A stretch of 64,000 nt of DNA, from contig JADJOI010000002.1 of the NCBI GenBank assembly GCA_016713875.1, forward strand, positions 128,995 to 192,994. The letters are read 5' to 3'. This document shows, one piece after another, positions 39,432-49,888 of this stretch; positions within the stretch are counted from its first letter, which is position 1; every line of letters starts with the position of its first letter. This stretch comes from Flavobacteriales bacterium. Its GTDB lineage: Bacteria; Bacteroidota; Bacteroidia; Flavobacteriales_F; PHOS-HE28. The notes beneath the pieces are model-generated. The model was given only the letters and a program-made list of their open reading frames with translations, was not told the DNA's origin and ran no database searches. The translations under genes and the position numbers were made by a program.

Positions 39432-40931
39432 ATGCGAAAGTCCATTCCGTTCGTTCTCGTGGCCGCATTGCTGCATGCCTGCCACGATCATCCGCACCCC
39501 GATCAAGGCGAACATGGCCACGACCATGCCGCGGGTGCGGACCATCACGTTGAGCTCGAGCCGCTGGCCTACACCCTGTATTCCGACAGCATTGAGCTGT
39601 TCGTGGAATTCAAGCCGCTCGTTGTTGGGCAGGAGAGCCGCTTCGCTGCGCATTTCACGCATCTGCGATCGGTCCATGTGCCCTTGACGCAGGGCTCGGC
39701 ATCGGTCGCCATGAAGGGCATCGGTGCACCGCAAGTGATCACCGCCGATGCACCGTCCAGCCCCGGCATCTTCCGCATGGCCGTGACACCAGCACAGGAG
39801 GGCAGCTGCTCGCTCACCTTCATCGTGAACGTGGGCAACCTACACGATACACTTACCATCGGTGGCTTGAGAGTGTATTCGAATGAACACGAGGCCCAGC
39901 ACGCCGAGCAGCCGGAGGATCCGCCAGGCGACATCACCTACTTGAAGGAGCAGGCGTGGAAGATCCCCTTCGCGCTGGCACGGGTCGACAAGTCACCCTT
40001 CGCCATGGCCGTGCGCGTGGGCGCCGAAGTGGAACCCGCGATCGCGGGCGAGGAAGTGATCACGGCACGAAGTGCAGGTGTCGTGCATCTTTTCGGTGAT
40101 GCACCGCTGGAAGGCATGGCAGTGACCAAGGGTCGCACGCTCTTCACGTTGAGCAGCCAGGGCGTGATCGGCGGCAGTGGCACCGCGATGCAACAAGCCC
40201 GGAACGAATTCGAACGCGCGAAGGCCGACCTGGAACGCACCGAAGCGCTTTACAAGGACAAGCTGGTGACGCAGGAAGAAGTGCTGCGCGTCCGCAACGT
40301 GTACGCGAATGCGGAGGTGATGCTTCAGCAAAGCGGCAGCGCACAGAACGTGAGCGCGGGCATCAACGGCTATGTGCGTTCACTGCATGTGAAGGAAGGC
40401 CAGTTCGTGCAGCCGGGAGATGTACTGGCACGCATCGCCACCAACGAGCGCCTGAGCATCCATGCCGATGTGCCGCTGCGATCGTTCGCCGACCTGGGCT
40501 CGGTAGAGGATGCACGGATCCGCCTGCCGAACGGTGAGGTACGCACGCTGGAGGAACTGAATGGTCGCGTGCAGAGCGTGGGCCGCGCGGCGGACGGCCT
40601 GTACGTTCCCGTGCGGTTGGAGGTGAACGGAGTCCCCGGATTGCTACCCGGAGCCATGGTGGACGTGTGGTTGCTCTCACCGAAGAAAGTTGATGCGCTG
40701 ACGATCCCGTTGAGCGCGCTGCTCGAACAGGAAGGCCGCAACTATTGCTACGTGCAGAGCGCCGGCGAGACCATGGACAAGCGCATGCTCACGCTCGGTG
40801 GCAACGACGGCCTGCGGGCCGAAGTGCGCAGCGGACTGCGACCCGGTGAGCGCGTGGTGAGCATCGGGGCACTGGATGTGAAACTGGCCACCGCGAGCGG
40901 CGCCATGCCGGCGCATGGTCACGAACACTGA
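39432..40931 (+). CDS. Heavy-metal efflux RND periplasmic adaptor (CzcB/CusB family membrane fusion protein) with His-rich termini
   Basis: Signal anchor MRKSIPFVLVAALL, an N-terminal HACHDHPHPDQGEHGHDHAAGADHH cluster and a C-terminal …AMPAHGHEH. The middle carries a biotinyl-lipoyl / beta-barrel MFP architecture. Confidence 0.8.
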   Translation: MRKSIPFVLVAALLHACHDHPHPDQGEHGHDHAAGADHHVELEPLAYTLYSDSIELFVEFKPLVVGQESRFAAHFTHLRSVHVPLTQGSASVAMKGIGAPQVITADAPSSPGIFRMAVTPAQEGSCSLTFIVNVGNLHDTLTIGGLRVYSNEHEAQHAEQPEDPPGDITYLKEQAWKIPFALARVDKSPFAMAVRVGAEVEPAIAGEEVITARSAGVVHLFGDAPLEGMAVTKGRTLFTLSSQGVIGGSGTAMQQARNEFERAKADLERTEALYKDKLVTQEEVLRVRNVYANAEVMLQQSGSAQNVSAGINGYVRSLHVKEGQFVQPGDVLARIATNERLSIHADVPLRSFADLGSVEDARIRLPNGEVRTLEELNGRVQSVGRAADGLYVPVRLEVNGVPGLLPGAMVDVWLLSPKKVDALTIPLSALLEQEGRNYCYVQSAGETMDKRMLTLGGNDGLRAEVRSGLRPGERVVSIGALDVKLATASGAMPAHGHEH

Positions 40932-41032
40932 ACCCATTCACCACAAAGACACAGAGAGCACAGAGGAACGCATTGGTTTCTTCTTCTCTGTGTCCTCCGT
41001 GCCTCTGTGGTGAACAACTCAACTGAACGATC

Positions 41033-44000
41033 ATGCTGAACGCGATCATCCGCTACGCGCTGCACAACCGACCGGTAGTGCTCGCCTTGGCGACCTTGTT
41101 ACTGGTCTGGGGAGGCATCACGGCCGGCCGCATGGACGTGGATGTGTTCCCCGACCTCACCGCCCCCACCGTGGTGGTGATGACCGAAAGTCACGGCATG
41201 GCGCCGGAGGAAGTGGAACGCCTCGTGACCTTCCCCATCGAGAGCGCCGTGAACGGAGCGGCCGGTGTACGGCGGGTGCGCAGCAGCAGTGCCACGGGCT
41301 TCAGCCTCATCTGGGTGGAGTTCGAGTGGGGCACGCCCATCCTGCAGGCGCGCCAGACTGTTACCGAGAAGCTAGGCACCGTGACCGGTCTGCTGCCGGG
41401 CGGGGTGAGCGAACCCATCCTGGCCCCGCAGGCCAGCATCATGGGCGAGATCATGCTGGTGGCGCTCACCATGGACAGTTCGGCCACCGGAACCGAGAAG
41501 GAGAGGATGGACCTGCGAACGCTGGCTGAATGGCAACTACGCCCCCGCTTGCAGAGCGTGGCCGGCGTTGCGAACGTGATGGTGATCGGCGGGCTGAACA
41601 AGCAATACCAGGTGCTCGCCGATCCCTTGCGCATGCAGCGCTACGATGTGACACTGGAGCAACTGGTGAAAGCCTGCGAAAGCAGCAATGCCAACGCGGC
41701 GGGATCATACCTCGTGCAGAACGGTCAGGAGTACATCGTGCGCGGCATGGCCCGGACCGATGACGTGGAAGAGCTCGGTAACGTGGTGATCGCCGACCAT
41801 GAGCAGGAGCCTGTGCGCATCGCCGACGTGGCAGAAGTGCGCCTGGGAAGCAGTGATCGGATCGGAGATGCCGCACTGGACACCAAGCCGGCCGTGGTAC
41901 TCACCATCAGCAAACAACCCAGCACCAACACACTGGAACTCACGGAGCGATTGGACCGGACGCTGGAACAGCTGCGTGCGGGTTTACCGGATGGCGTGCG
42001 ATTGCATACGCACATCTTCCGCCAGAGCGACTTCATCGAGGCCAGCATCAACAATGTGCAACGCTCCCTGGTGGAAGGCTCCATCTTCGTCGTGGTCGTC
42101 CTGCTCGTGTTCCTCATGAACATCCGGAGCACGATCATCAGCCTGCTGGCCATTCCGCTGTCGTTGCTCGTGAGCATCCTGGCGCTCGAGTGGCTGGGCT
42201 TCACCATCAACACCATGAGCCTCGGCGGCATGGCCATCGCCATCGGCGCATTGGTCGACGATGCCATCATCGACGTGGACAACGTGTTGAAACGCCTGCG
42301 CGAGAACGTGAAGCTGCCCGCGGACCAGCGCAGACCCGCGCTCACCGTGATCTACGACGCGAGCACGGAGATCCGCGCGAGCATCCTGAACGCCACGCTC
42401 ATCATTATCGCGGCCTTTGTTCCACTCTTCTTCCTCAGCGGCATGGAAGGGCGCATGCTCACGCCGTTGGGCGTATCGTTCATCGTGGCGCTCTTCGCCT
42501 CGCTGGTCGTCGCGATCACGGTGACGCCCGTGCTGTGCTCCCTTTTACTCACGAACGAGCAGCAGTTGCAGCGCCAGAGCGAAGGCAGCTGGCTCGTGCG
42601 CAAGCTGAAGGCTTGGTACGCCCGCGCGCTCGAGCGCATGATGGGCCTGCGACGCGCCATGCTCATTGGCACCGTTGCGCTCTTTGTGGCGAGCATGGCG
42701 CTCTTCGCCACTCTGGGCCGCAGTTTCCTGCCGGAATTCAACGAAGGCTCGCTGGTCATCAGTGCCGTGAGCCTGCCCGGCATCCCCATCGACCAGAGCA
42801 ACGCCATCGTGGAGCGCGTTGAACGGGAGTTGCTCACCATCTCCGAAGTGCAGGGCGTGACCCGGCGCACGGGCCGCGCCGAGCGCGACGAGCATGCGCA
42901 AGGCTCCAACGCGAGCGAGCTTGAAGTTCCCTTCATCTTGGCGGATCGTGACCGGGAGGAGTTCATGGCCGATGTGCGAGAGAAGCTTGCCGGTGTGAGC
43001 GGTGTGAACATCACCATCGGCCAACCCATCGCTCACCGGCTGGACCACATGCTCAGCGGAACACGCGCCAACATCGCCATCAAGCTCTTCGGCCCGGACC
43101 TCGGTGACCTGTTCGCACAGGCCAACCGCATCAAGGGAGCCATCGAGGGCACCCCGGGATTGGTGGACCTCTCCGTGGAACAGCAGGTCGACATCCCCCA
43201 GGTGCGCATCGACGCACGGCGCGGCATGCTCGCCCGCTATGGGATCACCACCGGGGCGTTCACCGACTTCGTGGATGTGGCCATCGCCGGTGAGAAGGTG
43301 GGCGAGGTCTTCGAGGGCGAACGTCGTTTCGACCTCGTGCTTCGGTACAAGCCCGAAGCGCGCAACAGCATCGACGCCTTGCGCGACGTGCCCATCGACG
43401 CACGCAATGGTGCCGTGCCATTGAGCGCCGTAGCGGATGTGCGCAGCGTGAGCGGACCGAGCACCATCAACCGCGAGAACGTGCAGCGGCGCATCGTCAT
43501 CAGTGCCAACGTGGCCGGCCGCGACCTGCGCGGGGTGGTGGAGGAGATCCAGCAGCGCATCGGCGACAAGGTGCAACTGCAGCCGGGTTACCACATCGAA
43601 TATGGCGGGCAGTTCGAGAGCGAGGCGGCCGCCAGCCGCATCCTGCTGATCGCGAGCCTCATCGCGTTGGGCGTCATTTTCCTGCTGCTCTATCAGGAAT
43701 TCCAGGAGGCGAAGCTCGCGGGCATCATCCTCATCAACCTCCCGCTGGCCCTCATCGGCGGTGTTGTGGCCGTTTGGCTCTCAGGCGGTACGTTGAGCAT
43801 CCCGGCCATCATCGGTTTCATCACGCTCTTCGGCGTGGCCACGCGCAACGGCATCCTGCTGGTGAGCCATTACGGCCAGCTGGAGGCGGAAGGCGAGACC
43901 GTGGAGAAGGCCGTGATCCATGGCAGTGTGGATCGCCTCACACCGATCCTCATGACCGCGCTAACCGCCGCACTTGCCCTGATCCCACTTGCCCTGGCCA

Positions 44001-44137
44001 GTGACGATCCCGGCAACGAGATCCAAAGCCCCATGGCCAAGGTGATCCTCGGCGGGCTGCTCAGCAGCACATTCCTCAACATGTTCATCATCCCCGCCGT
44101 GTACCGCATGGTGAAGGGCCGATCCACACAACGATGA
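41033..44137 (+). CDS. CusA/CzcA-family heavy-metal efflux RND transporter
   Basis: 1034 aa with 12 TM segments and two large periplasmic loops. The HME-RND hallmark …AIGALVDDAIIDVDNV… lies in TM4. N-terminus MLNAIIRYALHNRPVVLALATLLLVWGG. Confidence 0.9.
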   Translation: MLNAIIRYALHNRPVVLALATLLLVWGGITAGRMDVDVFPDLTAPTVVVMTESHGMAPEEVERLVTFPIESAVNGAAGVRRVRSSSATGFSLIWVEFEWGTPILQARQTVTEKLGTVTGLLPGGVSEPILAPQASIMGEIMLVALTMDSSATGTEKERMDLRTLAEWQLRPRLQSVAGVANVMVIGGLNKQYQVLADPLRMQRYDVTLEQLVKACESSNANAAGSYLVQNGQEYIVRGMARTDDVEELGNVVIADHEQEPVRIADVAEVRLGSSDRIGDAALDTKPAVVLTISKQPSTNTLELTERLDRTLEQLRAGLPDGVRLHTHIFRQSDFIEASINNVQRSLVEGSIFVVVVLLVFLMNIRSTIISLLAIPLSLLVSILALEWLGFTINTMSLGGMAIAIGALVDDAIIDVDNVLKRLRENVKLPADQRRPALTVIYDASTEIRASILNATLIIIAAFVPLFFLSGMEGRMLTPLGVSFIVALFASLVVAITVTPVLCSLLLTNEQQLQRQSEGSWLVRKLKAWYARALERMMGLRRAMLIGTVALFVASMALFATLGRSFLPEFNEGSLVISAVSLPGIPIDQSNAIVERVERELLTISEVQGVTRRTGRAERDEHAQGSNASELEVPFILADRDREEFMADVREKLAGVSGVNITIGQPIAHRLDHMLSGTRANIAIKLFGPDLGDLFAQANRIKGAIEGTPGLVDLSVEQQVDIPQVRIDARRGMLARYGITTGAFTDFVDVAIAGEKVGEVFEGERRFDLVLRYKPEARNSIDALRDVPIDARNGAVPLSAVADVRSVSGPSTINRENVQRRIVISANVAGRDLRGVVEEIQQRIGDKVQLQPGYHIEYGGQFESEAAASRILLIASLIALGVIFLLLYQEFQEAKLAGIILINLPLALIGGVVAVWLSGGTLSIPAIIGFITLFGVATRNGILLVSHYGQLEAEGETVEKAVIHGSVDRLTPILMTALTAALALIPLALASDDPGNEIQSPMAKVILGGLLSSTFLNMFIIPAVYRMVKGRSTQR

Positions 44138-45315
44138 AACGATCATTCACCTCCCTGCTCACGCTCGCAGCACTGGGCGCAATGGCGCAACAGAGCACCC
44201 TTCCTGCTGTGCTGGAGGCCATCCGTGCGAACAACCTGCGCTTGCGAACCTCAGCGCAAGTCACCGATGCGCAACGCACGCAGGCGCGCACAGGGCTCTC
44301 CCTTCCGGATCCCACGGTGGACTTCGACTACATGAACGGTTCTCCGGTCGCCACCGCAGGCAACCAGAGCGACCTCACCATCGCCCAGGGCTTCGAGTTC
44401 CCCACGGCCTACGGCGCCAAGCGGAAAGTCGCTGAACTGCGCGCCAGCCAAAGCGATCTTCTGGCCGTGGCCGTGCGGCGCGAAGTTCTGCTGGATGCGA
44501 AGCGCACGTGCATCGCGCTGGTGCATGCCAACAAGCGCGGGGTTCTGCTGGAACAGCGCCATGCTGCGGCGAAACGCTTCCGCGATGGCGTGCGCCAGCG
44601 TTTCGATCGTGAGGCCGCCACGATCCTCGACCTCAACAAGGCCGAACTGCTCGAGGCGTCCATCGATACTGAGGTGCGGCTCGCGGAGATGGAGCGGACC
44701 GCACTGCTCCAGCATCTCGCTGAACTGAACGCGGGTGTCGGGATCGCGTTCACGGACACAGTGTATCCATCGCATGCCGTGCTGCCCGATTTCCACGTAT
44801 ACGAAGCGGAAATGGAGGCTGCCGACCCCGCGCTGAAGCTTCTGCAGAACGAGGTGCAAGCCAGCGAGCAGCAGACGCGCGCATACCAGGCGAGCGGGTT
44901 GCCTGGCTTCGAGGTGGGTTATCGCTACCAGGGGATCCTGGGCGCCACTTACCACGGCGTGCATGCGGGTATGAGCCTGCCCCTGTGGAGCAATCGCAAT
45001 AAGGTGAAGCAGCAGAAGCAGTGGACCAGCGCGCATGCGAGCAGCGTGGAGGAACATCGCATGGAACACCTGTACGAGGCACGGCACATGTACGACCGCG
45101 CAAAGGCCCTGGGCGCCTCATATGCCGACTTCGCTCGGCGCCTCAGCGGCGCAAGCAGTATCCATCTGCTGGAACGGAGCTTCGCGGCAGGACAGATGAC
45201 CACGCTGGAGTACCAGATGGAGCTGATGCTGCTACAGGAGAGCACCGACCGGTTGCTGCAACTGGAACGCGAGTACAACGAAGCGATGGCGGAGGTTTGG
45301 GCGCATCGTTCGTAG
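44134..45315 (+). CDS. TolC-family outer membrane efflux protein (OMF) of the heavy-metal RND system
   Basis: Signal peptide MKRSFTSLLTLAALGAMAQ, two-repeat OEP architecture. It overlaps the czcA stop as ATGA and ends with TAG. Confidence 0.8.
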   Translation: MKRSFTSLLTLAALGAMAQQSTLPAVLEAIRANNLRLRTSAQVTDAQRTQARTGLSLPDPTVDFDYMNGSPVATAGNQSDLTIAQGFEFPTAYGAKRKVAELRASQSDLLAVAVRREVLLDAKRTCIALVHANKRGVLLEQRHAAAKRFRDGVRQRFDREAATILDLNKAELLEASIDTEVRLAEMERTALLQHLAELNAGVGIAFTDTVYPSHAVLPDFHVYEAEMEAADPALKLLQNEVQASEQQTRAYQASGLPGFEVGYRYQGILGATYHGVHAGMSLPLWSNRNKVKQQKQWTSAHASSVEEHRMEHLYEARHMYDRAKALGASYADFARRLSGASSIHLLERSFAAGQMTTLEYQMELMLLQESTDRLLQLEREYNEAMAEVWAHRS

Positions 45316-45405
45316 CCGCGCCACTGGCGGTCAGGTCCATCCTGCCTCTGCGCTTGTCCTGTTCAGCACTCATCCCGGTGACGGGCGGAGCGCGGAAGGG
45401 GACCG

Positions 45406-46185
45406 TCAGCGTGCGTCCCCTTTCGACCTCCGCAGGTCCATGTTGCACACCAATGCCACGTGCATCGTGCTATTGAGTTCGATGAGGTCGGCGCCCGCCG
45501 CGGCACCGGGTCGCTGGACCGTCTGGTACAGGTAGCCCAGCAACACGCTTACCGGCCTGTTCACCTGGTAGCCAAGCAGCAGGGAGATCCGGTTCTGTTG
45601 GACGAGGTCGAGCCGCTCGCTGTCGCCGAAGCGCAGGAACACCTCGTCGTACACGTTCGCGGTGAATGCGCCGGGTTCCACCTTGGGCCTGTTCAGCGGC
45701 ACGGTCACCCATAGGCGGTAGCGGAAGCGGCTCTGGTACACATACCGGTCGAGAACACCTGCATCGGGATCGTCCGCCGAAGGCACGATCCGTGCGATGA
45801 AGCGTTCCTCCATGCGGAAGCGGTGCTGCACGCCCACGCGGCCGATCGGTTGCGTGAGCTGCACCTGCTGGTACACGTGGTGCTCGTGGTTCGCGAAGCG
45901 GATGGGGTGGGCACCGTAGGGGTGATTCTCGTAGTAGCTGTAGCCCAGGGTCAGCAGCACCGGATCGTTCAGGTGGAAGTTGACGGCCGGACGCAGCAGC
46001 AGCTGTTGCGCATGTTCGCCCAGCCCCGCCCGGCGCAGGTGGCCCTCGGTGTACACGCTCCACCGCGCGGCTAACCGCTGGTCGCCCCAGTGCGACAGCC
46101 ACAGGTTGGCATGGGGGCTGGTGACGCGCTGGGCCAGGGCGGGCAGGCCGAAGCACACGGCGAGGACAAGGAGCGCGGGACGCAT
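45406..46185 (-). CDS. DUF2490-like outer-membrane beta-barrel protein (second paralog)
   Basis: Signal peptide MRPALLVLAVCFGLPALAQ. Similar to the 32801-33508 product (…LGYSYYENHPYGAHP…; C-terminal aromatic residue). Upstream ORF extension rejected because it overlaps queD. Confidence 0.55.
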   Translation of the reverse strand: MRPALLVLAVCFGLPALAQRVTSPHANLWLSHWGDQRLAARWSVYTEGHLRRAGLGEHAQQLLLRPAVNFHLNDPVLLTLGYSYYENHPYGAHPIRFANHEHHVYQQVQLTQPIGRVGVQHRFRMEERFIARIVPSADDPDAGVLDRYVYQSRFRYRLWVTVPLNRPKVEPGAFTANVYDEVFLRFGDSERLDLVQQNRISLLLGYQVNRPVSVLLGYLYQTVQRPGAAAGADLIELNSTMHVALVCNMDLRRSKGDAR

Positions 46186-46254
46186 GCGACCACGAAGAAA
46201 GGCGGTTCGCGCCGGGTGCCGACCTTCGCGGCGTCCCCATCGCGCCACATCCCC

Positions 46255-46695
46255 ATGCCCTTCGCCCGCACCGTACGCGTCACCAAGCGCTTCACCTTCG
46301 AGATGGCCCACGCCCTGCGCTGCCACGATGGGCAGTGCGCCCACATCCACGGCCACAGCTACGTGCTCGACGTCACCATCGCCGGCACACCCGCCCACGC
46401 GCCCGGCCACCCCAAGGACGGCATGGTCATCGATTTCGCGGACCTCAAGCGCCTGGTGAAGCCCGTCGTGGACCGGTACGATCACGCGCTCTTCCTGCAC
46501 GAGCAGGAGCGGGGCACGGTGGATGCCGCCAACCCGCTCTTCGGCCGGGTGATCCTCACGCCCTGGCAGCCCACGTGCGAGAACATCCTGCTGGCCATCG
46601 TGGAGGAGCTGGCCCCGCAGCTGCCGGCCGACGCCACCCTCATCGCCGCGCGCCTGCAGGAGACGGCGACCAGCTGGGCGGAGTGGGCGCGTTGA
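46255..46695 (+). CDS. queD: 6-carboxy-5,6,7,8-tetrahydropterin synthase
   Basis: MPFARTVRVTKRFTFEMAHALRCHDGQCAHIHGHSYVLDVTI…, with the Zn-binding CxxxHGH motif, 146 aa. Confidence 0.8.
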   Translation: MPFARTVRVTKRFTFEMAHALRCHDGQCAHIHGHSYVLDVTIAGTPAHAPGHPKDGMVIDFADLKRLVKPVVDRYDHALFLHEQERGTVDAANPLFGRVILTPWQPTCENILLAIVEELAPQLPADATLIAARLQETATSWAEWAR

Positions 46696-46781
46696 TGGGT
46701 GCGCGTTCGGCGATCGCCCAAGGGGGCTCCCACCGGACCATGGTCCGGATCTTGCGGCCGGAACGACCGCCTCACCGCACC

Positions 46782-47408
46782 ATGCGTCTCCATCGCTCCC
46801 TGATCCTGTTGCTGCTTCTCCCCGCTGCATCCGCTCCGGCGCAGGACGCGCTGGCCCGGCTGCGGGCCGAGCTGGAGCGCATCCACACGCTGGACCAGCG
46901 CGACCGGCAGAACGTCCACGGCTACGCGCCGGGCGCGCAGAAGGACAGCGTGATCGCGCACATGATGCATCAGGACTCGGTGAACCTGGCGCGGGTCACG
47001 GCCATCCTCGACAGCGCCGGTTGGCTGGGCGAGGCGGAGGTCGGCCGCACCGCGAACCAGGCGCTGTTCCTGGTGCTGCAGCATGCCGATGCGCGGCCCG
47101 ACGTGCAGGCGCGCTACCTGGAGGAGATGCGGCTGGCGGTGGAGCAGGGCCTCGCGCGGCCGCACGAGCTGGCGATGCTGGAGGACCGCGTGGCGGTGAA
47201 CCACGGCCGGCCGCAGCTCTATGGCTCCCAGATCGGGTGGACCGATGGAAGGCCGTTCATGCGGCCCATCGCGGATGAGGAGCACGTCAACGAGCGCCGC
47301 GCCGCCGTGGGCCTGGAACCGCTGGAGCGGTATGCGGAGCGGTTCGGCCTCACCTGGTCACCGCCGGTGAAGCAGGAGCGGGTGCTGCGCCTGGCGCCGG
47401 AGCGCTAG
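46782..47408 (+). CDS. Secreted hypothetical protein
   Basis: Signal peptide MRLHRSLILLLLLPAASAPAQ. High GC3. No recognisable motif. Confidence 0.45.
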   Translation: MRLHRSLILLLLLPAASAPAQDALARLRAELERIHTLDQRDRQNVHGYAPGAQKDSVIAHMMHQDSVNLARVTAILDSAGWLGEAEVGRTANQALFLVLQHADARPDVQARYLEEMRLAVEQGLARPHELAMLEDRVAVNHGRPQLYGSQIGWTDGRPFMRPIADEEHVNERRAAVGLEPLERYAERFGLTWSPPVKQERVLRLAPER

Positions 47409-47441
47409 CGTGCGGGCGACCGCAGCGCGATCTTCGCACCC

Positions 47442-48743
47442 ATGGACCCGCTCCGCCTGCTGCTGATGGTGCTGCCGACCGTCGCCACCGCGCAATGGAC
47501 GTGGACCGCGGTGGCCCCGCTGCCCCTGCCGACGGCGAACCATGCCGTGTGCGCCGCGGCGGTGAACGGGTCCTGGCAGGTGTACGTCTTCGGCGGCATC
47601 ACCACGGGGCTCAGCGAGGCCGACATCCACCGCCACGCGTTCCGGTACGACGTGGATGCCGATGCCTGGAGCGCGCTGCCGGACATCCCGGACACGCTGG
47701 GCAAGATCGCCGCCGCGGCCAGCGTGGTGGGCGACACGGCCTATGTCATCGGCGGTTACCACGTGTTCCCTGGTGCGCCGTACGAGCGCAGCAGCGACCG
47801 GGTGCACCGGCTCGACCTGAGCACCGGCACCTGGATGGCGGACGGTGCCCCGGTGCCCGTGCCCATCGACGATCATGTGCAGGCCGTGTGGCGCGACAGC
47901 CTCATTTATGTGGTCACCGGCTGGAGCAACTCGGCCAACGCGGCGCAGGTGCAGGTGTACGATCCAGCGCATGATGCGTGGGCGGCGGCCACACCCGTGC
48001 CCAACACCAACCTGTTCAAGGCCTTCGGGGCGAGCGGTGTGATCATCGGCGACACCCTGATCTATCACGGGGGCGCGGCCATGGGCGGCAGTTTTCCGGC
48101 GCAGGACCGGGTGCGCATCGGCCTCATCGATCCCCTGGACCCGCTCACCATCACCTGGCAACCGGCGGTGACCGGCGGCCAGGGACCACGCTACCGGTCG
48201 GGCGCGGTGGTGACCGGTGCCAGGGCCAACTGGATCGGCGGCTCGGCGGTGAGCTACAACTACGATGCGGTGGCCTACAACGGCAGTGGGGTGGTGGCCC
48301 CCGTGCTGCCGGTGCTTCAGTGGGACGGCACCGTCCACACCATGGTCGGCACAGCGCCCACGGCCGTGATGGACCTGCGCGGGGTGGGCGACATCGGCGG
48401 CGGCCGCTTCGTGGTGGCCGGTGGCATCGGCGCGCAGCAGGTCGTGCTGGACAGCGTGTGGCTGGTGCTGACGGGTGAGGTGGGCATGCATGAGGTGTCG
48501 GAAGAGGACCTCTTCGCTGCGCCGAACCCGACGAGCGGCGAGTGCGTGATCGGGCTTCCGCAGGCGGTGACGAGCGCGCGGTACACCGTGCGTGATGCCT
48601 GGGGCCGGCAGGTGATGACCGGTGCGGTGACCGGCGTCGAGCTTCGCCTGGACCTGTCGGACCTGGTGGCGGGTGTGTACTTCCTTCACTTGCCGTTGGT
48701 GCAGGGTGCGGCCGGGTGGCGCACGGCGTTGGTCCGCGAATAG
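47442..48743 (+). CDS. Kelch-repeat (galactose-oxidase-like beta-propeller) protein with T9SS type-A C-terminal sorting domain
   Basis: Signal peptide, repeated …VYVFGG…/…AYVIGGY…/…IYHGG… Kelch motifs, and a C-terminal …FAAPNPTSGECVI…GVYFLHL…. Confidence 0.7.
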   Translation: MDPLRLLLMVLPTVATAQWTWTAVAPLPLPTANHAVCAAAVNGSWQVYVFGGITTGLSEADIHRHAFRYDVDADAWSALPDIPDTLGKIAAAASVVGDTAYVIGGYHVFPGAPYERSSDRVHRLDLSTGTWMADGAPVPVPIDDHVQAVWRDSLIYVVTGWSNSANAAQVQVYDPAHDAWAAATPVPNTNLFKAFGASGVIIGDTLIYHGGAAMGGSFPAQDRVRIGLIDPLDPLTITWQPAVTGGQGPRYRSGAVVTGARANWIGGSAVSYNYDAVAYNGSGVVAPVLPVLQWDGTVHTMVGTAPTAVMDLRGVGDIGGGRFVVAGGIGAQQVVLDSVWLVLTGEVGMHEVSEEDLFAAPNPTSGECVIGLPQAVTSARYTVRDAWGRQVMTGAVTGVELRLDLSDLVAGVYFLHLPLVQGAAGWRTALVRE

Positions 48744-48984
48744 CGCTTCCGCCACGGACAGGTGATCGTTCTGTGACCGTGCACCGGGTCTTTCCCGGTC
48801 GCAACAAGGAAAACGCGCACCGGACCTTCGACCAGGCGCCCGACTTCATCAAGGCCTCGGACCACAGGGCCGGATCTTGGAGCACGCCGACTTCAAGCCG
48901 TCGGATGAGCGCATGCTCGGTCCACTGTTGCCCGCGGCCTTCCGGATCGATGAACCCACCTGCGATCTGCGCAGCTCACGAGGT

Positions 48985-49527
48985 TCACAGGACCTTCCGG
49001 AAGACCCAACGTCTGAACCCCCGCTGATCATCCTCGTCGCGCTCCGGTACGCGGTCGAAGCCCAGACGTTCATACAGGCGATGCGCCGCCGGCATGGTGG
49101 GCTGTGACCACAGGGCCACAGCGGGTGCCCCGACCGCGCGCGCCCGTTGCACGCACGCATTCACCAGGGCCTCGCCGATCCCTTGCCCGCGGGCCTCGGG
49201 CGCAACGGCGAGCACTCGGAATTCCGCCTCGCCTTCTTTGGCGACCTGGCCAAGTGGGCCGTTGGGATTGAGATAGAGCACCGCACCCACCACCTTTCCT
49301 GTGGTGTCGCGTGCCAGCAACATTTCTCCACCTGCCTCAAAGGATCCGCGTTGCATGAAGACCTCGGCGCGTTCGGCGTTCGAGTATCCGTCGCCCACGT
49401 ACACACGCTTCAGCAGTCGGATGCACTGGTCCCATTCGTGATCACTGCGGGGAGATGAAATGGGTGTATGCATCGTGCCGATCACTGGCAAAGCAAAGCA
49501 TGAGACCAGACACTCTGGATCGCTCAA
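48985..49527 (-). CDS. GNAT family N-acetyltransferase
   Basis: …FRVLAVAPEARGQGIGEALVNACVQRARAVGA…, a GNAT motif A. An alternative start lies at 49473. Confidence 0.7.
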   Translation of the reverse strand: MSDPECLVSCFALPVIGTMHTPISSPRSDHEWDQCIRLLKRVYVGDGYSNAERAEVFMQRGSFEAGGEMLLARDTTGKVVGAVLYLNPNGPLGQVAKEGEAEFRVLAVAPEARGQGIGEALVNACVQRARAVGAPAVALWSQPTMPAAHRLYERLGFDRVPERDEDDQRGFRRWVFRKVL

Positions 49528-49549
49528 AGAAGAGAGCTGTCAATGCGGC

Positions 49550-49888
49550 TCACTTCATGGGTATCATCTCCGAGACTTCCACGGAGCAGGTGGGCAGCCA
49601 CATCAGGTGCGGGTGGCCTTCCACCAGCTTCTTCGCCGCATCGATGTTCTCGGCTTGCAGGATGGAGTAGCCTGTGATGTCGCGCTTGCTGCCGCTCCAG
49701 TTGCCCTTTGGATCGATGGCATGTCCGGGCATCAGCGGCGCGCCACCGTCAAGGAGTGCCGATCCGCACTTCGCCATCCAATCCATCCAGGGCTTCATGC
49801 CGGCCTCCTTCTGTTCGGGCGTGGCGCTGGCCATCATCTTCATGGCCTCCTCGGCCGGGGCGATGTAGGTGACGAGGAACTTCTTCAT
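49550..49888 (-). CDS. Small hypothetical protein
   Basis: MKKFLVTYIAPAEEAMKMM…, 112 aa. Coding status supported only by codon bias. Confidence 0.35.
   Translation of the reverse strand: MKKFLVTYIAPAEEAMKMMASATPEQKEAGMKPWMDWMAKCGSALLDGGAPLMPGHAIDPKGNWSGSKRDITGYSILQAENIDAAKKLVEGHPHLMWLPTCSVEVSEMIPMK

Noticed and set aside
45391-45424. Hairpin GAAGGGGAC…GTCCCCTTTC considered as a terminator for tolC
   Set aside because: It overlaps the stop codon region of the convergent DUF2490-like gene and lacks a clean U tract. It could still function, but evidence is weak.
46335-46781. 5' part of ORF 46335-47408 and ORF 45470-46240 minus, overlapping queD and the DUF2490 gene
   Set aside because: Arg/Pro/His-rich translations overlap well-supported genes. 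The real gene starts at the signal-peptide Met at 46782.
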